Shown: piece after piece, positions 1 to 9,589 of the stretch
How the letters are laid out: every line of letters begins with the position of its first letter
Numbering within the stretch: the first letter of the stretch is position 1
NCBI GenBank assembly: GCA_031398695.1
Contig: JANNNU010000127.1
Span: 12,011-76,010, forward strand
DNA: 64,000 bases
Origin: Paracoccaceae bacterium
GTDB taxonomy: Bacteria > Pseudomonadota > Alphaproteobacteria > Rhodobacterales > Rhodobacteraceae
Direction: 5' to 3'
Program-made: the position numbers and the translations under genes
The notes under the pieces: model-generated
Told to the model about the DNA's origin: nothing
Databases searched by the model: none
Seen by the model: the letters and a program-made list of their open reading frames with translations, nothing else

Positions 1-541
1 CCAACCGCCACACGCCCATGGTCTGCCCGACGTCGGCCACCGCCAGCCCGGCTGCCGTAATGCCGACGACTGCAGTCAGCGCAACCACCGATCCGCCCCG
101 GCCGCGTGCCACCCCGGTCCATTGTCCCAGCGCCCACCACAGGCTTGCCGCCACCGCTGCCAGCATCGCCACGCCCGCCACTGCGGCCAGCAGGGCCAGC
201 GGCAAGCCCAACGCGCCCGACGCCAGCTGCCATCCGGACCACAACAACGCGCCATCGGTCACTAGATCGAAGCCCCGGTTGAACGCGACCACGAACCCCA
301 GATCGGCGGCCTTCAGCGCGGCGAGAGCCAGCAGGATCCCCACCAGCCCGCCGCGGACCAGCGCATGGCGGCGCGGTGGCAAGACGGCAAACAGCGCAAG
401 CAGGGCCGGCAGTTCCAGCGCGAACAGGGTCAAGGCCTGCCACGTCGCAGCACCGGGGTGGTTCGGCTGCACCAGCACCAGATGCAGCAGTCCCGCTGCC
501 ACCAGCAGCGACACCAACGGGCGCACGCGCCGTCCCGTCAT
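1..541 (-). CDS. integral membrane protein, N-terminal part only (gene continues beyond window start); possibly the membrane anchor of a sulfatase/alkaline-phosphatase-superfamily transferase
   Basis: Not in the ORF track because it runs off the edge. The minus-strand ATG at 541-539 overlaps the TGA of the upstream gene (ATGA), and the frame stays open to base 1. Hand translation MTGRRVRPLVSLLVAAGLLHLVLVQPNHPGAATWQALTLFALELPALLALFAV... is a run of hydrophobic helices. The family assignment is a guess. Confidence 0.4.
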   Translation of the reverse strand, partial: MTGRRVRPLVSLLVAAGLLHLVLVQPNHPGAATWQALTLFALELPALLALFAVLPPRRHALVRGGLVGILLALAALKAADLGFVVAFNRGFDLVTDGALLWSGWQLASGALGLPLALLAAVAGVAMLAAVAASLWWALGQWTGVARGRGGSVVALTAVVGITAAGLAVADVGQTMGVWRL

Positions 542-1314
542 CGCCTGCGCCACAACCACACGGCATCCACCGCGAACGACACGACCAGCGCGGCCATCGC
601 CCCCGCCGCGAGCCATGTCGCAAACGGCGGCACCATCGGGGGCGCCAGCAACGCCGTCAGGACGGCGATCTGCACCACACAGGCCGTCTTGCGGCCCACC
701 CGATCGGGCAGTTCTTGCGTCAGCCACGGCAAAGCCAGACCGGCAAGAACCCACGCATAGCGCAGGAAGCCCAGCGGCAGCAGCCAAAGGCCGGCCTTGT
801 CCCAATGCAACGCCACCAGGCACAGAACGGCGGCGAGGAAGGCATCGACCTCCATGTCGAACCGCGCTCCGAAGTCCGAGGCAAGCCCGCTGCGACGCGC
901 AAGCCAGCCGTCCACCCCGTCCAGCGCCAGCCCGCATGCCACCAGGGCCACCATGGTCCATGCTAGCAGCGGCACGCTTGCGATTGTGGCGGGCTGGGTC
1001 AGAACGGCCACCACCACCGCAGCGATGCCGGCCCGACACAGCGTCACCAGATTGGCATAGCCCAGCCGCCCGTGCGGATGGCCCCGTCGCAGGCCGGTCA
1101 CCGCAAGACCGCCAACCACCGCCATCACGCCCGCCGCCAGCAACGGCCCGCCCGGCCCTGAGTGCGGCATCAGCCCGGTCACCGCCAGACCCGCCACCGC
1201 AGTCACCACAGCTGTGGCCCACAGCAAGGACCGCTCTGGCCGGAACGCGGCGTGCACGGCCGGCCCGTTCCCGGGCGCGCGTGACTTTCTGGGCAAGGCG
1301 GGACCGGGACGCAT
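538..1314 (-). CDS. CDP-alcohol phosphatidyltransferase family protein
   Basis: 258-aa multi-TM ORF. DGVDGWLARRSGLASDFGARFDMEVD fits the family signature D-G-x2-A-R-x8-G-x3-D-x3-D. The start codon is not resolved. Confidence 0.75.
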   Translation of the reverse strand: MRPGPALPRKSRAPGNGPAVHAAFRPERSLLWATAVVTAVAGLAVTGLMPHSGPGGPLLAAGVMAVVGGLAVTGLRRGHPHGRLGYANLVTLCRAGIAAVVVAVLTQPATIASVPLLAWTMVALVACGLALDGVDGWLARRSGLASDFGARFDMEVDAFLAAVLCLVALHWDKAGLWLLPLGFLRYAWVLAGLALPWLTQELPDRVGRKTACVVQIAVLTALLAPPMVPPFATWLAAGAMAALVVSFAVDAVWLWRRR

Positions 1315-1430
1315 AAGATGATCTTTCGCGCCGTCATCAAACTGTCAAGGCGGGGCGGACACATGCTACATTTGTCGCAGGTGCCGGATTCGTGCCGATC
1401 GTCGCCGCGTAACGAAAAAAGGAGACTGCC

Positions 1431-1973
1431 ATGCCCCCTGTCCCAGTCTATCGGCCCGCCGCGCGGGCGTTGCACTGGCTGTCGGCGCTGCTGGTTCTTT
1501 CGACGATCCCGGCGGGCGTCATCATGCTGCAAGCCGGCCTGTCGCGCCCGCTCCAGGACGCCCTGTTCATGTTCCACAAGAATATCGGCGTCGTCATTTT
1601 GCTGCTGGTGCTGGCGCGGTTGGCGTACCGACTGGCCAACCCGCCCCCGCAGCTGCCTGCGGCGGTGCCGAATCTGCAGGCCCGTGTCGCCGGGGCGGTG
1701 CATCTGCTGCTTTATGCGCTGCTGATCGTCATGGCGGTGTCGGGGTATGTGCGCGTCGTGGCCGGGGGCTTTCCGCTGGAGGTGTGGGATGCCTTGGGCG
1801 TGCCGCGCCTCGTGGCAAAATCGGAACCGCTTGCCGCTCAGGCCAAGGCGATCCACGCCAACGCCCGCTATGCGCTTTTCCTGCTGATCGCGCTGCACGT
1901 CGGCGCGGCCGCCTACCACGGGCTGGTCCTGAAGGACGGCGTGGTGCGGCGGATGTTGCCGCGCCGGCTGTGA
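1431..1973 (+). CDS. cytochrome b561 family protein (CybB-like)
   Basis: 180-aa four-helix ORF with conserved His residues (ALHWLSALLVL, FHKNIG, AVHLLLY, ALHVGAA). GGAG at 1421-1424 lies ahead of the ATG. Confidence 0.8.
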   Translation: MPPVPVYRPAARALHWLSALLVLSTIPAGVIMLQAGLSRPLQDALFMFHKNIGVVILLLVLARLAYRLANPPPQLPAAVPNLQARVAGAVHLLLYALLIVMAVSGYVRVVAGGFPLEVWDALGVPRLVAKSEPLAAQAKAIHANARYALFLLIALHVGAAAYHGLVLKDGVVRRMLPRRL

Positions 1974-1982
1974 CGGCGGCCT

Positions 1983-2858
1983 TCACGACAAGACCAGCCG
2001 TGCCGTCAGAGGCAGATGATCGGATGCCGCGCGCACGGCGGCGGTCCTGATCGCCAGGACGTCCCGGACCCAACCGTCCTGATCGCTGAGGATGCGGTCC
2101 AGCGGCAGGATCGCCGCCCGCGCCGGGAAGGTGGCACGGACCGGGCCCAGCAGCCGACGTCCGGCAACCCGCGCCGACAGCGCCAGCCCGCCCCAGGGCC
2201 GCCATTCGTTCAGATCGCCCACCAGGACCAGCGGCAGCGCGGCGCGGCGGTTCAGCAATTGCGCCAGCGTGCGCATCTGGACCACCCGAAGCGGCTGCGA
2301 CAGTGAAAGATGGGCGGCCAGAAGGTGAAACGGCCGCGCCGCGCCCTGCACTTCTACCAACACGGCCCCGCGCGGATAGACGCCGGGCAGATCCACCAGC
2401 GTCACCTGTTCCGCAACCAGTGGCGGGCGCAGGAACACCAGCGTCCCGAGAAATCCCTGGCTCGCCGGGCCCCACCGCCGGTCCGGGACGGTATGGACGC
2501 TGTGCAGTCCGGTTCGGCTCGACAAGGACGCAAGGGCAGGAAAGCCCGCGAAGGGCCGCCGCTCAGCCTCGGCTTCCTGAAGCACCAGCACGTCGGCCCC
2601 ACCCAGACGGGCGTCGTCGGCAATCACCCGCAACACGCGGTCCGGATCGAACCGTCCGTCGGCCCCGCACGCGCGGTGGATGTTCCAGGTCGCGCAGGTC
2701 AGCACCGCCGCGCCGACGCCCTGCCCCCGCGACCCGGCGGCATCATGGTCCACCGTCGATGGGGGCAACGCGTTGGATTGGTCCGGCACACGGGTTTCCT
2801 TGCGAACGGGTGTGGCAAGGCATGCGCTGCCTTGCAAGGCTGACGTTCCAGACGGCAC
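1983..2858 (-). CDS. endonuclease/exonuclease/phosphatase (EEP) family protein
   Basis: Motifs TWNIHRA, VLVLQEAE, GDLNEW and SDHLPL. The true start may be internal to the 291-aa ORF. Confidence 0.7.
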   Translation of the reverse strand: MPSGTSALQGSACLATPVRKETRVPDQSNALPPSTVDHDAAGSRGQGVGAAVLTCATWNIHRACGADGRFDPDRVLRVIADDARLGGADVLVLQEAEAERRPFAGFPALASLSSRTGLHSVHTVPDRRWGPASQGFLGTLVFLRPPLVAEQVTLVDLPGVYPRGAVLVEVQGAARPFHLLAAHLSLSQPLRVVQMRTLAQLLNRRAALPLVLVGDLNEWRPWGGLALSARVAGRRLLGPVRATFPARAAILPLDRILSDQDGWVRDVLAIRTAAVRAASDHLPLTARLVLS

Positions 2859-2994
2859 CTGCGCGCCGGTGGTGACCCAGTTAGCCTTAGACGGATCAGG
2901 ATTTCAAAGGGTTGCATCCGGCGTAGCGCGGACGGCGTGCCGACTGATCTTGCTTCCGATTTCGCACCTGGCGCATGGCAGGCGTGGCGGCTTG

Positions 2995-5439
2995 CTAGTC
3001 GTCACTGCGGATGCGCGTGTTTTGTGGATCATAGAGCGGCTGCAAATGCAATCGCGCAGGCACGATTTCCGATGCGACTTCAAGGGCATACTCTCCGGAC
3101 TTCAAGTGGTTGTCGCTTACGCCGTCGGGATGGCGGACATAGCCGTAGCCGATCGGCTTGCCGACCGTATGGCCAAAGCCGCCCGCGGACAGCCAGCCGG
3201 CGCGTTGGCCGTTGCGGGTGATCGTCTCACGGCCGAGCAAGATCACGTTGGGGTCGTCGACGGTGAAACACGCCAGCCGTTTTTTCACGCCGACCGTCCG
3301 CTGCGCCAGCAACGCCGTCCGGCCCTGAAAATCGATGTCGGACGTCAGCTTGCACGCCCACCCCAGACCCGCCTCGAGGGGCGTGTGATCCGGCCCGATG
3401 TCGGATCCCCACGCGCGATAACCCTTTTCCAGCCGCAGGGTTTCGACCGCGCGGTAGCCGGCGTTGACCAGCCCGTGGCCCGTCGCCATCAGCGCCTGAT
3501 ACACCGTCACGGCGACGTCGGTCGGCATGTGCAACTCCCACCCCAACTCGCCCACATAGGTGATGCGCAGCGCCAGAACCGGGCAACCCGCGACCGAAAT
3601 CTGCCTGGCCGTAGCAAACGGGAAGGCAGCGTTCGACAGATCCGCATCGGTGAGCGAGGACAGGATCGCCCGCGCCCTTGGTCCCATCAGCGACAGTACC
3701 GCAGAGCCCGAGGTCACATCGACCAACTGGCAGTCGCCGCGCAGGTTGCGCGCGATCCAATCGAAATCATGCGTCGCAAAGCCCGTGCCGGTGACGATGT
3801 AGAATTCGTCCGCCGCCAGCCGCGCCACGGTCACATCCGCCTCGATCCCGCCTTTGGGGTTCAGCATCTGCGTATAGGTCAGGCTGCCCACGGCGCGATC
3901 CACATTTCCGGCCGCGATCCAGTTCAGCGCGGCGGCGGCCCCCGGCCCCTTGAGCGTGAACTTGGCGAACGAGGTCTGGTCGATCAGCACCGCCGCCTCG
4001 CGTGCCGCCTTGTGTTCGCGCGCCACGGCGTCGAACCAGCCGGGGCGCTGGTAGGAATAGCGGTCCAGCGGCGTTTCGCCCGCGGCGAGATCGGCGAACC
4101 AGTTGGGGCGTTCCCAGCCGAGTTTCTCACCGAAACAGGCCCCTGCCGCCGCGAGATAGGCATAAAGGGGCGAGCGGCGGGTGGGGCGGGCCGAGCGCAT
4201 TTCCTCGGACGGCCAAGCGATGGTGTAGTGTTTGCCATAAGCCTCGAGCGTGCGCGCACGCACCCAGTCGGTCGATTGATGCACCCGGCCAAAGCGGCGA
4301 ATGTCGACCGGCCACAGGTCATAGGGCGCAGCCCCGTTGGCCGCCCACTCGGCCAGCGCCATCCCCGCCCCACCGGCGGATGCGATGCCAAAGGCGTTGA
4401 AACCGGCGCCGACGAAGAAATTCTGCAACTCCGGCGCCTCGCCCAGGATGAAATTGCCGTCGGGGGTAAAGGATTCCGGCCCGTTGATCAGTTGCTTGAC
4501 ACCGGCGGTGGCAAGGGCGGGCACGCGGGCGATCGCGTTGTCCATGAACTGGCTGTAGTGATCGTAGTCGGACGTCAGCAGGTCGAAGTGAAATCCGTCC
4601 GGGATGCCATTGACGGCCCAAGGCTTGGGGTTCGGCTCGTAGCCGCCCCAGACCAACCCGCCGACATCCTCTTTCCAGTAGGTCAGCCGGTCGGGGTCGC
4701 GCAGGGTGGGTAGATCGGGCGTCACGCCGTCGATGCGTTCGGTGACCATGTATTGATGCTCGACGGAAACGAGGGGCACGTTGACCCCCACGGTGGCGGC
4801 GAGCGTGCGCGTCCATTGCCCGGCGCAGCAGATCACCTTTTCGCATTCGATCGTGCCGGACGGGGTTTCGACGCCCCGGATCCGGCCATTGTCGACGATG
4901 ATCCGGGTGACCGGGCAATCCTCGAACATCGTCACGCCTGCCATCCGGGCACCCTTGGCCAGACTTTGGGTGATGTCCGAAGGGTTCGCCTGCCCGTCGG
5001 TCGGCAGGAACGCCGCCCCCACCAGATCGTCGATGGTCATCAGGGGCCACAGGTCTTGGGCTTCCTGCGGGGTCAGCAGGTGCATTTCCAGACCGAAGGA
5101 ATGGGCGGTCGTCGCCTGTCGCTTCACTTCCGTCCAGCGTTCGGCATTGCAGGCCAGCCGCAAGCCGCCGTTCATCTTCCAGCCGGTCTGCAATCCGGTT
5201 TCCGCCTCAAGCCGTTTGTAAAGATCGACGGAATAGCCCAGCAATTGCGTGATGTTGGCCGAGGTGCGCAACTGCCCGACCAGCCCGGCGGCATGAAAGG
5301 TGGTGCCCGACGTCAGCTTCTTGCGCTCCAGCAGAACGGTGTCGGACCAGCCGAGCTTGCCCATGTGGTACGCGGTCGAGCAGCCGACGATGCCGCCCCC
5401 GATGATGACGGCGCGGGCGGTGGTGGGCAGATCGTGCAT
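2995..5439 (-). CDS. FAD-dependent oxidoreductase with C-terminal aminomethyltransferase (GcvT) folate-binding domain; dimethylglycine/sarcosine dehydrogenase family
   Basis: N-terminal Rossmann motif VIIGGGIVGCSTAYH (DAO domain) plus a GcvT-like C-terminal half. The length is typical of the family. Start placed at ATG 5439 (GAGG a few nt upstream) rather than at 5469. Confidence 0.85.
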   Translation of the reverse strand: MHDLPTTARAVIIGGGIVGCSTAYHMGKLGWSDTVLLERKKLTSGTTFHAAGLVGQLRTSANITQLLGYSVDLYKRLEAETGLQTGWKMNGGLRLACNAERWTEVKRQATTAHSFGLEMHLLTPQEAQDLWPLMTIDDLVGAAFLPTDGQANPSDITQSLAKGARMAGVTMFEDCPVTRIIVDNGRIRGVETPSGTIECEKVICCAGQWTRTLAATVGVNVPLVSVEHQYMVTERIDGVTPDLPTLRDPDRLTYWKEDVGGLVWGGYEPNPKPWAVNGIPDGFHFDLLTSDYDHYSQFMDNAIARVPALATAGVKQLINGPESFTPDGNFILGEAPELQNFFVGAGFNAFGIASAGGAGMALAEWAANGAAPYDLWPVDIRRFGRVHQSTDWVRARTLEAYGKHYTIAWPSEEMRSARPTRRSPLYAYLAAAGACFGEKLGWERPNWFADLAAGETPLDRYSYQRPGWFDAVAREHKAAREAAVLIDQTSFAKFTLKGPGAAAALNWIAAGNVDRAVGSLTYTQMLNPKGGIEADVTVARLAADEFYIVTGTGFATHDFDWIARNLRGDCQLVDVTSGSAVLSLMGPRARAILSSLTDADLSNAAFPFATARQISVAGCPVLALRITYVGELGWELHMPTDVAVTVYQALMATGHGLVNAGYRAVETLRLEKGYRAWGSDIGPDHTPLEAGLGWACKLTSDIDFQGRTALLAQRTVGVKKRLACFTVDDPNVILLGRETITRNGQRAGWLSAGGFGHTVGKPIGYGYVRHPDGVSDNHLKSGEYALEVASEIVPARLHLQPLYDPQNTRIRSDD

Positions 5440-5446
5440 GGTCGCC

Positions 5447-6343
5447 TCAGGCTTGCCGGAACGCGTCATGGGCCGTCCGGTAGGTGGAAAGATTGGTCAC
5501 GGTATAAGCGGCATAGTCGAATTGAAGCGTCGAATGGCGTTCCGAAACCATGCTCCACAGCGTTTCGCGCAGCGCACTGGCCGCCTTCATCGCGAGGTAG
5601 CGGCGCATCCTGCCCCCGTCAGGGGCCGCGCCAAAATAGCGCGCCAGCATGGCGGCTTCCTGATGCGGTGTCAGACCATTGTTGGCCGCCAGCCCGCCCA
5701 GATCGAACAGCGGCGAGTTGAACCCGGCATAGTCCCAGTCGATCAGCCACATCCGGGTGCCGTCGTGCAGAAAGTTGCCGGGCAGCAGGTCGTTGTGGCC
5801 GAACACCAGGTCGATCGGCCCCACGGCCCGTTCCAGCGCGGCGGCCTGATCCAGCAGCGACGGGATCAGGGCCAGGTGCGGACTGGCGGCCTCTGCCAGC
5901 GTCGCGGCATAGTCGCGGATGACATGGAACACCCAGAAGCTGAGCACCGGGCCGCGCAGGTGGCGGGGGATGTCGCGGTGGGCCCGCACCACCAGATCCA
6001 ACGCCTGATCCAGCAGCGCAGGCTGGCGCAGATCTTCAGAGGTCATCGTCTGCCCGTCGACGTAGTCGATCACCAGCGCGCCCGGTTCGGCATGGATCAC
6101 CGCCGGCGACACCCCCGCCGCATGGGCGGCCCGGCTGGCCGCCAGTTCGTTGAACCGCAGGATCTGATGCACCGGAATGTCGTCGCCGATGCGCACCACC
6201 GCCCGGCGCGTCGCATCCTGCACCACGAAATTCAGATTGGTGATGCCGCCGCCCAACGGCTCGATCCGGACCGAGCCGGTCCAGATCGGCAAGTGGCGTA
6301 TTCGGTCCTCGGGCGTCATCCGCGTCTGCTTTCGTTGCCGCAT
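5447..6343 (-). CDS. choline/ethanolamine kinase-like phosphotransferase (APH/ChoK fold)
   Basis: C-terminal part of the chimeric 636-aa track ORF. Kinase motifs HNDLLPGNFL and LIDWDYAGFNSPLFDLG. Start at 6343 (MRQRKQTRM...) or 6319 (MTPEDR...). Confidence 0.7.
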   Translation of the reverse strand: MRQRKQTRMTPEDRIRHLPIWTGSVRIEPLGGGITNLNFVVQDATRRAVVRIGDDIPVHQILRFNELAASRAAHAAGVSPAVIHAEPGALVIDYVDGQTMTSEDLRQPALLDQALDLVVRAHRDIPRHLRGPVLSFWVFHVIRDYAATLAEAASPHLALIPSLLDQAAALERAVGPIDLVFGHNDLLPGNFLHDGTRMWLIDWDYAGFNSPLFDLGGLAANNGLTPHQEAAMLARYFGAAPDGGRMRRYLAMKAASALRETLWSMVSERHSTLQFDYAAYTVTNLSTYRTAHDAFRQA

Positions 6344-6420
6344 CCGCGATGTATCCCATGTCCGCCCGAGGCTGGCAAACTGTCGTTTCTGCCGGCGTGC
6401 GCCGGTCTGGGACGATGTGG

Positions 6421-7317
6421 TTAGGCCGCGACGCGCCGTGCCAGAACCGCCGCCATCGTGTCGCCCATGGCCGACGGGTTGGGCGCCACGGCGATGCCCG
6501 CGGCGGCCAGAATTTCGACCTTTTCCTGCGCGCTTTCGCCAAAGGCCGAAATGATCGCCCCGGCGTGCCCCATCTTGCGCCCCTTGGGCGCCGACAGACC
6601 GGCGATGTAGGCGACGACCGGTTTGGTCATGTTCTGCTGCACCCAGGCCGCGGCCTCGGCCTCTTGCGGGCCACCGATCTCGCCGATCATCATCACCGCG
6701 TCGGTGTCGGGGTCGTTCTGGAACAACTCGAGGATGTCCTTGAAGCTGGATCCGTTGATCGGATCGCCGCCAATGCCGACGCTGGTCGACACACCGATGC
6801 CCAGTGCCTTCATCTGGCTGGCAGCCTCGTAGCCCAGCGTGCCCGACCGGCCGACGATCCCGACGCGGCCCGCCATGTAGATATTCGGCGGCATGATGCC
6901 CATGAACGCCTTGCCGGGGCTGATGACGCCGGCGCAGTTCGGCCCGATCAGGCGCAGTTTGCGGTCGGCCGGATAGCGGCGCAGAAAACGTTTTAGCCGC
7001 ATCATGTCCTGGCTTGGGATACCGTCGGTCACGCAGACCGCGGTGCGGATGCCGGCATCCGCCGCCTCCATGATCGCGTCGGCGGCAAAGGGCGGCGGCA
7101 CGAAGACAAGGCTCGCCTCGGCTCCGGTCGCCTCGACTGCCTCGCGGACGGTGTTGAACAGCGGGAGGTCGAGGTGGGTGGACCCGCCCTTGCCGGGGGT
7201 GACGCCGCCCACCACGTTGGTGCCGTAGCGGATCATGTCGGCGGCATGGAACGCGCCGATGCGCCCCGACATGCCCTGGACGATCACGCGGGTCTTTTCT
7301 GTCATAAGGATGGCCAT
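6421..7317 (-). CDS. mtkB: malate--CoA ligase (malate thiokinase) alpha subunit, SucD-like
   Basis: 298 aa with a CoA-ligase alpha fold (GRIGAFH, GPNCAGV, MGHAGAI). It lies directly downstream of the MtkA-like gene and in an operon with malyl-CoA lyase. Confidence 0.8.
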   Translation of the reverse strand: MAILMTEKTRVIVQGMSGRIGAFHAADMIRYGTNVVGGVTPGKGGSTHLDLPLFNTVREAVEATGAEASLVFVPPPFAADAIMEAADAGIRTAVCVTDGIPSQDMMRLKRFLRRYPADRKLRLIGPNCAGVISPGKAFMGIMPPNIYMAGRVGIVGRSGTLGYEAASQMKALGIGVSTSVGIGGDPINGSSFKDILELFQNDPDTDAVMMIGEIGGPQEAEAAAWVQQNMTKPVVAYIAGLSAPKGRKMGHAGAIISAFGESAQEKVEILAAAGIAVAPNPSAMGDTMAAVLARRVAA

Positions 7318-7328
7318 GGTCTGTCCTT

Positions 7329-8501
7329 TCAGGCAGCGGAACGGGGACGGGCGGCAACCGATTTTTCAGCCGCCTCGGCCAACGTGTCGGCGGTGATCAA
7401 CGGCAGGCCCGAGGTTTCGATGATGCGGTTGCCCTCCTCGACATTGGTGCCGGCAAGGCGCACCACGACAGGGATGGTCAGGCCAACCTCTTGATAGGCC
7501 TTGACGATTCCCTCGGCGACCCAGTCGCAACGGTTGATCCCGGCAAAGATGTTGACCAGGATCACACTGACGTTGCGGTCCGACAGCACAGTGCGGAACG
7601 CGCGCACCACCCGTTCGGGCGAGGCGCCCCCGCCGATGTCGAGGAAGTTCGCAGGCTCGCCCCCCGCCAGCTTGATCATGTCCATCGTCGCCATCGCAAG
7701 GCCCGCGCCGTTGATGATGCAGCCGATGTCACCGTCCAGACCGACATAGGCCAACCCGTGATCGCCGGCGGCCGACTCGCGCGGATCCTCTTGCGACCGG
7801 TCGCGCAGTTCGGCGATGTCGGGGTTGCGAAACAGCGCGTTGGTGTCGAAGGACATCTTGGCGTCCAGCGCAACAAGATCACCCCCCGCCGTTATCACCA
7901 GCGGGTTGATTTCCACCATCACCGCATCAAGGTCGCGGTAGGCGCGGTAGCAGGCTTTAAGGATCGTCACCATCTGGGCGATCTGTCCCCCGGTCAGACC
8001 CAGTTGAAACGCCAGTTCCCGCGACTGAAACGCAGTCAGGCCCACAGCGGGGTCAATGGTCATCCGGCGCAACGAGTTTGGGTCGGATTCGGCAAGATCC
8101 TCGATCTCCATCCCGCCGTGGGCCGATGCAACGATCATGATGCGCTCGGATTTGCGATCGAGCACGAACCCCAGATACAATTCCTTCGCGATGTCGGACG
8201 CGGCTTCGACCCAGACGCGGTATACGCCCTTGCCGTTGGCATCGGTCTGCTTTGTCACAAGCTGCCGACCGAACAGCGTGGCGGCAAAGGCATGCACTTC
8301 GTCGGCGTTGCGGCAGAACTTGACGCCTCCGGCCGCCCCCCGTCCCCCCGAATGGATCTGCGCCTTGACCACCCAGGCGTTGCCGCCCAACTCGCGCGCC
8401 CGGTAGCCCGCCTGTTCTGGGCTGTAGGCCAGCCCGCCGCGCGGCACCGGCACGCCGAACCGCGACAGGATTTCCTTGGCCTGATATTCGTGAATGTCCA
8501 T
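7329..8501 (-). CDS. mtkA: malate--CoA ligase (malate thiokinase) beta subunit, SucC-like
   Basis: [20 protein letters not shown]...[15 protein letters not shown] closely resembles my memory of Methylobacterium MtkA rather than housekeeping SucC. Start at ATG 8501, preceded by GGAGGA. The track ORF start at 8567 is an upstream extension. Confidence 0.8.
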   Translation of the reverse strand: MDIHEYQAKEILSRFGVPVPRGGLAYSPEQAGYRARELGGNAWVVKAQIHSGGRGAAGGVKFCRNADEVHAFAATLFGRQLVTKQTDANGKGVYRVWVEAASDIAKELYLGFVLDRKSERIMIVASAHGGMEIEDLAESDPNSLRRMTIDPAVGLTAFQSRELAFQLGLTGGQIAQMVTILKACYRAYRDLDAVMVEINPLVITAGGDLVALDAKMSFDTNALFRNPDIAELRDRSQEDPRESAAGDHGLAYVGLDGDIGCIINGAGLAMATMDMIKLAGGEPANFLDIGGGASPERVVRAFRTVLSDRNVSVILVNIFAGINRCDWVAEGIVKAYQEVGLTIPVVVRLAGTNVEEGNRIIETSGLPLITADTLAEAAEKSVAARPRSAA

Positions 8502-8637
8502 CTGATCCTCCCGTTTGTCCGGCTGGGCGCCCCCCACACCTCCCCACAGTGGGGCGGGGAAGCGCATGTTCGTCCGGTGCTGCGCGTGTCCCGGGTGCCT
8601 CCCTTCCCCCTCGTGGTGGGGGGTGGGCAGGTCGGGG

Positions 8638-9576
8638 CTAGCGCGCTCCGATGGCGTCGGCCACCGCTAGCAGGTTACGCGCCATCTTTTCCGATGCGGC
8701 GTCGATCATCTTGCCGTCGAGGCTGGCCGCGCCCTTGCCCTGCGCCTCGGCGGTTTTCAGTTCCTCCAGGATGCGGCGGGCCTTCACGACTTCGGCTTCG
8801 GTCGGGCTGAACACCTCGTTGGCAAGCGCGATCTGACTGGGGTGGATCGCCCATTTGCCTTCGCAGCCCAGCGCCGCGGCCCGCCGTGCACCATCCTTGT
8901 AACCTTCGGGATCAGAAAAATCGCCGAACGGGCCGTCGATGGCGCGCAAGCCATAGGCGCGGCAGGCGGTGACCATGCGGCTGATCGCGGCATGCCATTG
9001 GTCGCCCGGGTAATGCGGGTTCAGGCCGCCGATGTTGGTGGTGCGCGACCGCATCGAGGCGGCAAAGTCAGCCACCCCGAAATGCAGCGCCTCGAGCCGC
9101 CCGCCGAACTGCGCGATGGCCTCGACATTCGCCATGCCCAGCGCCGTCTCGATCAGCGCTTCGAGCATGACCTTCGACGTCAGGCCGCGCCCCTGCTCGA
9201 TCTGGTTCACCATCGCCTCGACCATGTAAAGGTCGGCGGGCACCCCGACCTTCGGCACCAGCAGCGTGTGCACCCGGCTGCCGGCCTGTTCCATCACGTC
9301 GACCACGTCACGGTACATGTAGTGCGTGTCGAGCCCGTTGATCCGCACCGAAACCGTCTTGCCCTTGGCGGCCCAGTTGATGTCGTTCAGCGCCTGGATG
9401 CAGTTTTTCCGCGCCTGTTCCTTTTCGGGCGGGGCAACCGCGTCTTCCAGATCGAGAAACACATAGTCGGCAGGCCCGTCCGCCGCCTTGTCGATCATCG
9501 TCGGGTTCGACGCTGGCACGGCCAGTTCGGACCGTTGCAGGCGCTGTTTGCGCAAAGGGTGCAAGGTGTGGCTCAT
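8638..9576 (-). CDS. mcl: L-malyl-CoA/beta-methylmalyl-CoA lyase (HpcH/HpaI-CitE family)
   Basis: 312 aa. [37 protein letters not shown] and [17 protein letters not shown] match MclA-type malyl-CoA lyases. Confidence 0.85.
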   Translation of the reverse strand: MSHTLHPLRKQRLQRSELAVPASNPTMIDKAADGPADYVFLDLEDAVAPPEKEQARKNCIQALNDINWAAKGKTVSVRINGLDTHYMYRDVVDVMEQAGSRVHTLLVPKVGVPADLYMVEAMVNQIEQGRGLTSKVMLEALIETALGMANVEAIAQFGGRLEALHFGVADFAASMRSRTTNIGGLNPHYPGDQWHAAISRMVTACRAYGLRAIDGPFGDFSDPEGYKDGARRAAALGCEGKWAIHPSQIALANEVFSPTEAEVVKARRILEELKTAEAQGKGAASLDGKMIDAASEKMARNLLAVADAIGAR

Positions 9577-9589
9577 CGAGCGATCCTTT

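Noticed and set aside
5447-7357. The 636-aa ORF spanning the kinase-like gene and the mtkB region.
   Set aside because: Only its C-terminal ~298 codons (5447-6343) look like a protein. The N-terminal part is a shadow frame overlapping the genuine mtkB gene (6421-7317), which is in a different frame.
6421-8501. Annotation as housekeeping succinyl-CoA synthetase sucCD.
   Set aside because: The beta subunit resembles MtkA of serine-cycle methylotrophs. The genes sit in an operon with malyl-CoA lyase and serine-glyoxylate aminotransferase rather than with sucAB/mdh. This is still only a judgement from memory, not a phylogeny.
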